Below the pieces are notes generated by a model. That model saw nothing but the letters and a program-made list of their open reading frames with translations. It had not been told where the DNA came from and made no database searches. Shown piece by piece: positions 1-6,797 of a stretch of DNA of 23,864 nucleotides. A program made the translations under genes and the position numbers. The stretch is from a virus. Location: UHGV virus genome UHGV-1462696, one strand, 5' to 3'. Each line of letters begins with the position of its first letter. Within the stretch, counting starts at the first letter, position 1.

Positions 1-100
1 ACTGAATGGTGTGTGGATGCAAAAGGCGTAAGCCCAATATTTGATACCAGACCTCTCCGAGCCGCCATGATTGTATTTCTCATGATGCAGGAAAATCAGA

Positions 101-439
101 ATGGCTAAATCAGCAGCAGAGCGCAAAGCCGCTCAGCGCGCTCGGCAGTCCGCCGCCGGTGAGCGCAAAATTGAACTGGTGCTGGATAAGCAGGAGCAGG
201 AAATGCTGGCGCGGAACTGCGCCGCCCGGCGCCCTGGTCGCGATCCATATGAAATGGCCGAGTACATCGCGCTGCTGATCCGCCAGGATGATGCACGTGT
301 GCGCGGGCGTATAAAATCGATCAGCAGAAAACGTTGCGGTAAGTGCGGCGAGAGAGTTCCAGTTAATTCATGCCCGTGTAATGGTGACTCGCAATGCTGG
401 GTGACTAAAGGCTGGCATGAAACGAAATTAATAGTGTGA
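101..439 (+). CDS. Hypothetical small basic protein with C-terminal Cys-rich zinc-ribbon-like motif (CGKCG...CPCNGDSQC)
   Basis: 112-aa ORF with ATG at 101 and AGGA-like SD upstream; Lys/Arg-rich N-terminus, Cys cluster at C-terminus; lies directly upstream of the terminase genes. Function not recognised. Confidence 0.5.
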   Translation: MAKSAAERKAAQRARQSAAGERKIELVLDKQEQEMLARNCAARRPGRDPYEMAEYIALLIRQDDARVRGRIKSISRKRCGKCGERVPVNSCPCNGDSQCWVTKGWHETKLIV

Positions 440-447
440 CATGTCAC
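436..447. repeat. Perfect 12-bp palindrome GTGACATGTCAC, copy A, overlapping the stop codon of the 101-439 gene
   Basis: Read directly; identical copies at 3512-3523 and 21231-21242. Confidence 0.9.
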
Positions 448-488
448 GAGTAGATTATGCATGATGAATTTGATGGATTTTGAATACT

Positions 489-514
489 GCCGCCAACTAT
501 GGCGGCTTTATTTT
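489..514 (+). terminator. Intrinsic terminator (GCCGCC-aactat-GGCGGC followed by TTTATTTT)
   Basis: 6-bp GC stem, 6-nt loop and T-run read directly; downstream of the 101-439 gene and of palindrome A. Confidence 0.6.
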
Positions 515-525
515 GCATGGTACTA

Positions 526-540
526 TTACCACAACGGTAA
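526..540. promoter_or_regulatory. TTACC-N5-GGTAA palindromic motif (variant, spacer ACAAC), 18 nt upstream of the terminase small subunit start
   Basis: Read directly; one of six TTACC-N5-GGTAA sites in the window. Confidence 0.4.
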
Positions 541-557
541 CAATTACCACGGTGGTT

Positions 558-1154
558 ATGATGCCTGCTGAACCTAAAACCTATAAACGCAAATCAACGC
601 AATTTAAGCCGCTCACAGCAATGCAGGAGGCTTATTGCCAGTCATACATCAAAACGCCTGAAAACCAGACTCAGGCTGCGATTAACGCAGGATTCTCCCC
701 AAATACAGCGGCAGTTAAAGCCAGTGTCATGATGCGCGATGAACGCATTCAGAAACGGATTGCCGAGTTGATGGAGGAGCGCAACAAACGAATGCGTGTC
801 AGTGCTGATTACGTTCTCATGCGCCTGGTGGAGATCGACCAGATGGACGTGATCGACATCCTCAACGACGATGGGAGCCTTAAACCAATCCGTGAGTGGC
901 CGAAAATCTGGCGCACTACGCTTAGTGGCTTTGATCTGTCATCGACCATCATGAACATGAACGAGGATTCAATAGAGACAATCCTCAAAAAAATTAAATG
1001 GCCTGACAAGGTGAAGAACCTTGAGCTGATTGGTAAGCATGTTGATGTCAACGCATTCAAAGAACGTCTGGATGTTAATGTGAATGTGACAATTGCTGAT
1101 CGCATAGCAGCAGCCAGGAAGCGACTCAAAGAACGTCAGGATGATAATCAGTGA
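558..1154 (+). CDS. terS: Terminase small subunit (Terminase_2 / P27-type, N-terminal HTH)
   Basis: Motif QEAYCQSYIKTPENQTQAAINAGFSPNTAAVKAS matches the conserved N-terminal DNA-binding signature of Terminase_2-type small subunits. The track ORF begins at 480, but its first 26 codons cover the terminator hairpin and are low complexity; ATG at 558/561 is the likely start. Stop overlaps the large subunit start. Confidence 0.8.
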   Translation: MMPAEPKTYKRKSTQFKPLTAMQEAYCQSYIKTPENQTQAAINAGFSPNTAAVKASVMMRDERIQKRIAELMEERNKRMRVSADYVLMRLVEIDQMDVIDILNDDGSLKPIREWPKIWRTTLSGFDLSSTIMNMNEDSIETILKKIKWPDKVKNLELIGKHVDVNAFKERLDVNVNVTIADRIAAARKRLKERQDDNQ

Positions 1155-2626
1155 CAGATACAGCGTTATCTCCTGAAGAGCAGTTAATCGAGGATATTGC
1201 AGGGTTCACTCACGATCCACTTGGATATGCCCTCTATGCGTTCCCGTGGGGGGAAGAGGGGACTGAACTGGCACATGCCACCGGTCCACGTCAGTGGCAG
1301 GCCGATGCGTTCCGAGAGATACGTGATCATTTGCAGAATCCAGAGACGCGCTATCAGCCGCTTATGCTGGCACGTGCTTCTGGTCACGGTATTGGTAAAT
1401 CCGCATTCATCTCAATGCTGATCAACTGGGGCATGTCCACTTGCGAGGATTGTAAGGTCGTGGTGACCGCCAACACCGACAACCAGCTACGAACGAAGAC
1501 CTGGCCGGAAATTATCAAGTGGTCGAACCTTGCTATCACGAAAGACTGGTTTACCTGTACCGCTACCGCGATGTACAGCAATGACCCTGGGCACGACAAG
1601 CGGTGGCGGGCTGACGCAATACCCTGGTCTGAGCACAACACTGAGGCGTTCGCCGGACTACACAACGAGCGCAAACGCATCATCGTGGTGTTTGATGAAG
1701 CGTCGAACATTGCGGATCTGGTGTGGGAAGTTGCCGAGGGGGCGCTTACGGACGAAGACACTGAGATTATCTGGGTGGCGTTCGGAAACCCGACGCGTAA
1801 TACCGGACGTTTCCGCGAATGTTTCCGCAAATATAAACACCGCTGGAAAACTGCGCAGATTGACAGCCGGACGGTGGAAGGCACTAACAAACAGCAGTTG
1901 CAGAAATGGGTTGATGACTACGGGGAAGACAGCGACTTCGTTAAAATCCGTGTGCGCGGCATATTCCCTGATGCATCTGAATTGCAGTTTATCCCTACCG
2001 GCCTTACTGACGAGGCAATGAAACGGGGGGTAACTGCTGCGCAGGTGGCACATGCTCCGGTGATAATCGGCGTTGACCCGGCATACTCCGGCGTTGATGA
2101 CGCTGTGATATACCTGCGGCAGGGGCTGCACAGTAAGGTGCTGTGGACTGGCAACAAGACCACTGACGATCTGATTATGGCGAAGCGCATCGCTGACTTT
2201 GAAGACCAGTATCAGGCTGACGCGGTATTCATCGACTTCGGTTACGGAACCGGTTTGAAGTCAATCGGTGATGGCTGGGGACGTACATGGCAACTTGTTC
2301 CGTTCGGTGGCGCGTCTACTGACCCGCAGATGCTCAACAAGCGTGGGGAGATGTTCAACTCATGTAAGACATGGCTGAGGCTGGGCGGTATGCTGGATGA
2401 CCAGGAAACAGCGGACGACCTGTCGACGGCAGAGTACAAAGTTCGCGTGGACGGTAAAATCGTTATCGAACCGAAGGAAGATATCAAAGAACGACTTGGG
2501 CGTTCGCCGGGGAAAGGCGATGCGCTATTGCTGACGTTTGCTTTCCCTGTGTCGAAGCGCCTGCGAATTCCCGGTCAGCAGAACCAGCAAGGCAAGGCCA
2601 TCACAGATTACGACCCGTTTGCGTGA
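1151..2626 (+). CDS. terL: Terminase large subunit (ATPase plus nuclease)
   Basis: 491 aa; Walker A-like ARASGHGIGKS, Walker B-like IIVVFDEAS, C-terminal RNaseH-like nuclease segment (VIIGVDPAYSG); GTG start overlapping terS stop (GTGA). Confidence 0.88.
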   Translation: MTDTALSPEEQLIEDIAGFTHDPLGYALYAFPWGEEGTELAHATGPRQWQADAFREIRDHLQNPETRYQPLMLARASGHGIGKSAFISMLINWGMSTCEDCKVVVTANTDNQLRTKTWPEIIKWSNLAITKDWFTCTATAMYSNDPGHDKRWRADAIPWSEHNTEAFAGLHNERKRIIVVFDEASNIADLVWEVAEGALTDEDTEIIWVAFGNPTRNTGRFRECFRKYKHRWKTAQIDSRTVEGTNKQQLQKWVDDYGEDSDFVKIRVRGIFPDASELQFIPTGLTDEAMKRGVTAAQVAHAPVIIGVDPAYSGVDDAVIYLRQGLHSKVLWTGNKTTDDLIMAKRIADFEDQYQADAVFIDFGYGTGLKSIGDGWGRTWQLVPFGGASTDPQMLNKRGEMFNSCKTWLRLGGMLDDQETADDLSTAEYKVRVDGKIVIEPKEDIKERLGRSPGKGDALLLTFAFPVSKRLRIPGQQNQQGKAITDYDPFA

Positions 2627-2627
2627 T

Positions 2628-3368
2628 TTATTGCTTATTTTTCACGGCTTCAGCAATCATTCTCTCAGCCTGTGATGTATATGTTTTTCGCAAGGGTTCA
2701 TGGCCCATATGCAATACGATACTTTCCTTTTCTTTTTCCTTTAATTCTTGTATGAGATTATTTATTTTGGCCTCCCTATCTTCAAGCATTCTGGCGGACT
2801 TTTCTGCCTCAATCTTTAACGCTGCAGCCACTGATTGCATGTTTTCCAGCTTCTTATTCAATTCCAAAACCTTATCGGAGAGCCTATCTCTTTCCGACGT
2901 TAGCTCACCCATCCTGGCCTGTGACTCCGTAATTCTTTCCTTCATAGCCTGTATGTCTTTTTCGGCGCCAGTCTTAACTTTGTCGTATGTCACATCGTGC
3001 TTTGCCTTCAGGCGCTGCAGGCGTGTGGCGCGATGAATGCGCTTGGCCTTCCGGTGGTTCTCTATCGAATCGTAATTATCAAGAGGTTTGGCTTGCCACT
3101 TTGAAATCACGTTGTTGATCCAGGGCATGCCGCCGCACAGGATTATTGCTGAAACACATGGGAATGCTAATACCGTTTTCCAACTGCTATTGCTGGAAAT
3201 GTAGGTGATCTTGTCGATGATGCTGGAGTCGCTGAGGAGTAAGTATAAAATCGACTTCCAGTTAAAGGCGCACCATGACAGTGCGAACGCTCCAAACACT
3301 GGATTTCTGACCCTTTGCGCAGCGGTATTAACGGTTGAAGATAGGTATTCTTTAAGTGATTCAAGCAT
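2628..3368 (-). CDS. Membrane-anchored coiled-coil protein of unknown function (accessory; candidate abortive-infection / superinfection-exclusion effector)
   Basis: 246 aa; two hydrophobic segments in the N-terminal ~90 aa (FGAFALSWCAFNWKSILYLLL; VLAFPCVSAIILCGGMPWI) followed by ~130 aa of heptad-like charged sequence; AT-rich relative to flanks by eye; AAGGG SD upstream of ATG at 3368; opposite strand to the late operon. Confidence 0.6.
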   Translation of the reverse strand: MLESLKEYLSSTVNTAAQRVRNPVFGAFALSWCAFNWKSILYLLLSDSSIIDKITYISSNSSWKTVLAFPCVSAIILCGGMPWINNVISKWQAKPLDNYDSIENHRKAKRIHRATRLQRLKAKHDVTYDKVKTGAEKDIQAMKERITESQARMGELTSERDRLSDKVLELNKKLENMQSVAAALKIEAEKSARMLEDREAKINNLIQELKEKEKESIVLHMGHEPLRKTYTSQAERMIAEAVKNKQ

Positions 3369-3398
3369 GTCCAGGCCCTTTTAGGTTTTTTTCTGATT

Positions 3399-3413
3399 CT
3401 ACCTTTAAGGTAA
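3399..3413. promoter_or_regulatory. TTACC-N5-GGTAA-type palindrome (CTACC-TTTAA-GGTAA) in the promoter of the 246-aa gene
   Basis: 31-45 nt upstream of the ATG at 3368; on the gene strand the site reads TTACCTTAAAGGTAGAAT, so the -10-like TAGAAT overlaps it. Confidence 0.5.
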
Positions 3414-3480
3414 TCTTCGGTCATTATGAAAAACGTATCCCTATGAGGGGATAATGTCGTTGATATCCTCTGATGAGGAT

Positions 3481-3506
3481 AAAACAAAGCCAGCTCATCG
3501 GCTGGC
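3481..3506 (-). terminator. Intrinsic terminator on minus strand (GCCAGC-cgatga-GCTGGC followed by TTTGTTTT)
   Basis: Read directly; immediately downstream of palindrome B and the stop of the 3528-3899 gene. Confidence 0.6.
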
Positions 3507-3511
3507 TGTTT

Positions 3512-3523
3512 GTGACATGTCAC
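3512..3523. repeat. Perfect 12-bp palindrome GTGACATGTCAC, copy B
   Basis: Read directly; 5 nt after the stop codon (3528-3530, minus strand) of the 123-aa gene. Confidence 0.9.
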
Positions 3524-3527
3524 GGTG

Positions 3528-3899
3528 TTATTGCTCGCTTAGCTTCTGCTTCAGCAAGTAACCTTCGAGCATCCAGATTTTGTTTACAGCATTCTGCCGG
3601 GCAATCTTCCGACCAATTTCTGCATCAAAGTTTTCATGGCTTGCACAGGCGCTTTCTCCGGTTACAGTAAATCCGTTGCGCAGCACCAGAACGCAGAAGG
3701 TCAGCAGAGAAAGTGATTCGTGCGGCTGGTAGTTTACCTCTCCGCCAGTATGTTTCGCTTTTATGGCTTTGCCAAAGGCACCATCTTCTGCTGTGAAATA
3801 TGCCTCCTGAGCAATAATGCCTTCGATATGGTCTGGCGTAACGCGCGGTGCCGTTTTGCCTTTCTCAACGATTTCTTTTTCGATTTGCTTGTCGTTCAT
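3528..3899 (-). CDS. Hypothetical small phage protein (possibly Gp49-like family)
   Basis: 123 aa; strong SD AAGGTGA 4-5 nt before ATG at 3899; central motif CVLVLRNGFTVTGESACASHENFD resembles small conserved phage proteins; family assignment is from memory only. Confidence 0.55.
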   Translation of the reverse strand: MNDKQIEKEIVEKGKTAPRVTPDHIEGIIAQEAYFTAEDGAFGKAIKAKHTGGEVNYQPHESLSLLTFCVLVLRNGFTVTGESACASHENFDAEIGRKIARQNAVNKIWMLEGYLLKQKLSEQ

Positions 3900-3910
3900 A
3901 ATCTCACCTT

Positions 3911-3934
3911 AAAAAAATGCCCGGCGAACCGGGC
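3911..3934 (-). terminator. Intrinsic terminator on minus strand (GCCCGG-ttcg-CCGGGC followed by ATTTTTTT), immediately upstream of the RBS of the 123-aa gene
   Basis: Read directly from the reverse complement of 3911-3934. Confidence 0.6.
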
Positions 3935-4010
3935 GAACTGGAAGCAATGAGTTATGCCTTCCGTGGCTGTACGTGTTTACAGCATGAAGTCATCGCAATG
4001 GCGTCCTGCT

Positions 4011-4054
4011 GTAAAAAGGGCGGTGATAGTCCTTCAAGGGAAACTATCACCGCC
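4011..4054 (-). terminator. Long hairpin (12-bp stem GGCGGTGATAGT/ACTATCACCGCC, 12-nt loop) followed by CTTTTTA on minus strand; probable tRNA terminator
   Basis: Read directly; about 44 nt downstream of the tRNA 3' end. Confidence 0.5.
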
Positions 4055-4097
4055 AAGCACCTGGAACTTCTGGCATCACGGTCCTTAGGCGTGATTC

Positions 4098-4174
4098 TGG
4101 CGTGGCATGCAGGATTCGAACCTGCGACCAACCGCTTAGAAGGCGGTTGCTCTGTCCAACTGAGCTAATGCCAC
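4098..4174 (-). tRNA. tRNA-Arg (anticodon UCU), phage-encoded
   Basis: Reverse complement gives a 77-nt cloverleaf: acceptor GTGGCAT/ATGCCAC, D-arm GCTC-AGTTGGACA-GAGC, anticodon stem ACCGC/GCGGT with loop CTTCTAA (anticodon TCT), T-arm GCAGG-TTCGAAT-CCTGC, discriminator G, encoded CCA. Confidence 0.85.
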
Positions 4175-4496
4175 AACGCTGAGAGCACTTAGCCTGTTAA
4201 GGCGCCACACTTTGTCGCGGCTCCATAAATGCTCTCATCGTTGTACCCTCGTCTCTTCCGAGGCGTCACACCGAATCGCCGGGATGGTGAATCCCCGTGC
4301 GCGGAATAAAACCGCTCGACTTGCACATTCCGGCTACCTGGTTCGTTTGCCCGAGCAAGGGAGGGTGTCCCTTAAACGTATCCAGACCGCTATCGGCGCA
4401 TGTGCCATACGCCGTACTGCTCAAAATAAAAGCTCACTCCACCTGTTCAATTTAACGACAAGCCAGTCAGGTTAATAACCGGAATGAACCCTTTAC

Positions 4497-4511
4497 TTAC
4501 CTGAAAGGTAA
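4497..4511. promoter_or_regulatory. TTACC-TGAAA-GGTAA palindrome (17-mer identical to the site at 23536) in the divergent region between the tRNA and the portal module
   Basis: Read directly; 91 nt upstream of the ATG at 4602. Confidence 0.55.
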
Positions 4512-4601
4512 TAATTTGTGCGTTAAATGTCAACTTCCTACGATAAATAAATCATATGTGGTTAAATTGGTAATAATTTAATTGCGTACGGAGTCATTGA
4601 T

Positions 4602-4808
4602 ATGTGCATGGGTAGCTCACCATCAGTGCCTGCAACACCAGAAATTCAGGCAGCACCACAGGAGCAGGATGCCGCCGTTGTTGATGCCCGCGACGAAGAA
4701 ACTCGTCGCCGTCGCGCTGCTGCTGGTCGTAGTTCTACGCTGCTTACCGGTTCTCAGGGCGACACATCAACCGCTAATACCAGCGGTAAAACGCTGCTTG
4801 GTCAGTAA
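4602..4808 (+). CDS. Small hypothetical protein (68 aa) upstream of portal
   Basis: ATG preceded by GGAGTCATTGA, the same 11-mer that precedes the portal start; GC-rich coding-like composition; function unknown. Confidence 0.4.
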   Translation: MCMGSSPSVPATPEIQAAPQEQDAAVVDARDEETRRRRAAAGRSSTLLTGSQGDTSTANTSGKTLLGQ

Positions 4809-4822
4809 CCGGAGTCATTGAA

Positions 4823-6502
4823 ATGGCGGAAACAACTAAAGAGCGATTGAACAAACAGTTCGCACAACTTGAAAGCGAGCGTCAGTCGTTCGAGCCGCAC
4901 TGGCGCGAGTTGAGTGATTACATCAACCCGCGTGGTTCCCGCTTTCTGACTTCTGAGGTCAACCGTAACGATCGACGCAATACACGCATTATTGATTCGA
5001 CCGGGACTATGGCGGCGCGCACTCTCGCCAGCGGCATGATGTCAGGCATCACAAGCCCCGCGCGTCCGTGGTTTCGCCTGGCTACGCCAGATCCTGAAAT
5101 GATGGATTATGGCCCTGTTAAGTTGTGGCTTGAGGCGGTGCAGAACCGCATGAACGATATGTTCAATAAGTCGAATCTCTATCAGTCGCTGCCGCAGTTA
5201 TACGGAAGCCTCGGCACATACAGCACTGGTGCAATGGCAGTGCTGGAGGATGACGAGGACATCATTCGCACAATGCCATTCCCGATAGGCAGTTACTACC
5301 TGGCTAACTCACCTCGTGGCAGTGTGGACACCTGTTTTCGCAAGTTCTCTATGACTGTTCGTCAGCTTGTTCAGGAGTTCGGGCTAAATAACGTCAGCGA
5401 ATCCGTAAAAAGCATGTGGGAAAGCGGCACTTACGAGAAGTGGATTGAAGTGATGCATTCGGTTTACCCGAACATTGACCGCGATACATCGAAGCTGGAT
5501 AGCAAGAACAAGCCATTCAAATCGGTTTATTACGAGGTTGGCGGCGATAACGACAAGTTGTTGCGTGAGTCCGGATTCGATGAGTTTCCAATTATGGCTC
5601 CGCGCTGGGAAGTTAACGGCGAAGATGTTTATGGATCATCATGCCCGGGTATGCTGGCGCTTGGACCTGTTAAGGCATTGCAGCTTCTCCAGAAGCGCAA
5701 GTCGCAGTTGATTGATAAAGCCACCAATCCGCCGATGGTTGCTCCGACTTCCCTCAAGAATCAGCGCGCCTCCCTTCTTCCTGGCGACATCACGTATATC
5801 GATCAGATTACTGGTCAGGATGGTTTCAGGCCTGCTTATCTGGTTAACCCCAGTACAGCAGATCTGGTGGCAGACATTCAGGACACTCGCCAAATCATTA
5901 ACAGCGCCTACTTTGTCGATCTGTTCATGATGTTGCAGAACATCAATACCCGCTCGATGCCTGTTGAAGCGGTGATCGAAATGAAAGAAGAAAAACTTTT
6001 GATGTTGGGGCCGGTTCTGGAGCGTCTGAACGACGAATGTCTTAATCCTCTCATTGATCGCGCTTTCTCGATGATGGTGCGTAAAAACATGCTGCCGCCA
6101 CCGCCTGACGCGATGGAAGGCATGCCCCTGAAGGTCGAATACATTTCCGTCATGGCTCAGGCGCAGAAGTCTATCGGCCTGTCCAGTCTGGCGTCCACGG
6201 TTAACTTCATTGGTCAACTTGCGCAAGCGAAACCAGAAGCTCTCGACAAACTCAACGTTGATCAGGCGATCGATGCATTCGCTGATATGTCCGGAGTGTC
6301 TCCAACCGTCATTGTTCCGCAGGAACAGGTTGAGCAGGCTCGCCAGCAACGGGCACAGCAGCAACAGCAGCAACAAATGATGGCGATGGGGATGGCGGCG
6401 GCACAGGGTGCCAAGACGCTAAGCGAAGCTAAAACTTCGGATCCGAGTGTTTTGTCAGCTATGGCGAATGCAGTTAGTGGTCAGGGTGGGCAATCACAAT
6501 GA
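4823..6502 (+). CDS. Portal protein (T7 gp8-like head-to-tail connector)
   Basis: 559 aa; position after terminase; Q/M/A-rich C-terminal tail (QQQQQQQMMAMGMAAAQG) resembling the T7 gp8 C-terminus; strong SD. Confidence 0.75.
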   Translation: MAETTKERLNKQFAQLESERQSFEPHWRELSDYINPRGSRFLTSEVNRNDRRNTRIIDSTGTMAARTLASGMMSGITSPARPWFRLATPDPEMMDYGPVKLWLEAVQNRMNDMFNKSNLYQSLPQLYGSLGTYSTGAMAVLEDDEDIIRTMPFPIGSYYLANSPRGSVDTCFRKFSMTVRQLVQEFGLNNVSESVKSMWESGTYEKWIEVMHSVYPNIDRDTSKLDSKNKPFKSVYYEVGGDNDKLLRESGFDEFPIMAPRWEVNGEDVYGSSCPGMLALGPVKALQLLQKRKSQLIDKATNPPMVAPTSLKNQRASLLPGDITYIDQITGQDGFRPAYLVNPSTADLVADIQDTRQIINSAYFVDLFMMLQNINTRSMPVEAVIEMKEEKLLMLGPVLERLNDECLNPLIDRAFSMMVRKNMLPPPPDAMEGMPLKVEYISVMAQAQKSIGLSSLASTVNFIGQLAQAKPEALDKLNVDQAIDAFADMSGVSPTVIVPQEQVEQARQQRAQQQQQQQMMAMGMAAAQGAKTLSEAKTSDPSVLSAMANAVSGQGGQSQ

Positions 6503-6795
6503 CAGATTACGAAGACGATCAACTGAAAGAAGAAAACGCCCGTAAGCAACGTGACATGGCACAGCGTGAAATTGATGACATTCGCTTTGTCATGAGCAGT
6601 GAACAGGGGCGTCGGGTTGTCTGGTCGGTACTGGAGAAAGGCCGTGTGTTTTCCGCTATCTCGCCGATGGACGCTATGGCAATGGCATTTAATGAGGGGC
6701 AACGCAATCTGGCGCTGGAACTGTTTCAGCGCGTTATGGCGCATTGCCCTGAACAGTATTTGAAGATGGCCAAAGAGGCCAGTGAACAGGAGTGA
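6499..6795 (+). CDS. Hypothetical protein (98 aa) between portal and scaffold
   Basis: ATGA start/stop overlap with portal, consistent with translational coupling. Confidence 0.55.
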   Translation: MTDYEDDQLKEENARKQRDMAQREIDDIRFVMSSEQGRRVVWSVLEKGRVFSAISPMDAMAMAFNEGQRNLALELFQRVMAHCPEQYLKMAKEASEQE

Positions 6796-6797
6796 TC

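Noticed and set aside
480-557. N-terminal extension of the terS ORF as given in the track (start at 480)
   Set aside because: The first 26 codons span an intrinsic terminator hairpin and T-run and encode low-complexity T/V/I repeats; the ATG at 558/561 is the more plausible start.
2623-3036. 137-aa + strand ORF antisense to the 246-aa cargo gene
   Set aside because: Low-complexity S/F/L-rich translation typical of the antisense frame of an AT-rich gene; no start context.
3167-3523. 118-aa minus-strand ORF spanning the cargo-gene promoter region
   Set aside because: Crosses the terminator, the operator-like site and the start of the 246-aa gene in another frame; unlikely to be coding.
4246-4400. 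Possible second tRNA or tRNA fragment upstream of the tRNA-Arg (GGTTCG-containing segment, several hairpins)
   Set aside because: Could not fold it into a cloverleaf with acceptor and anticodon arms; the T-loop-like sequence is imperfect.
4212-4475. 87-aa + strand ORF in the tRNA/portal intergenic region
   Set aside because: No convincing SD, odd composition, and it lies where the tRNA promoter and upstream region are expected; likely non-coding.
5639-6376. 245-aa minus-strand ORF inside the portal gene
   Set aside because: Antisense to the portal coding sequence; includes poly-Leu from the reverse of the CAG repeat; not credible.
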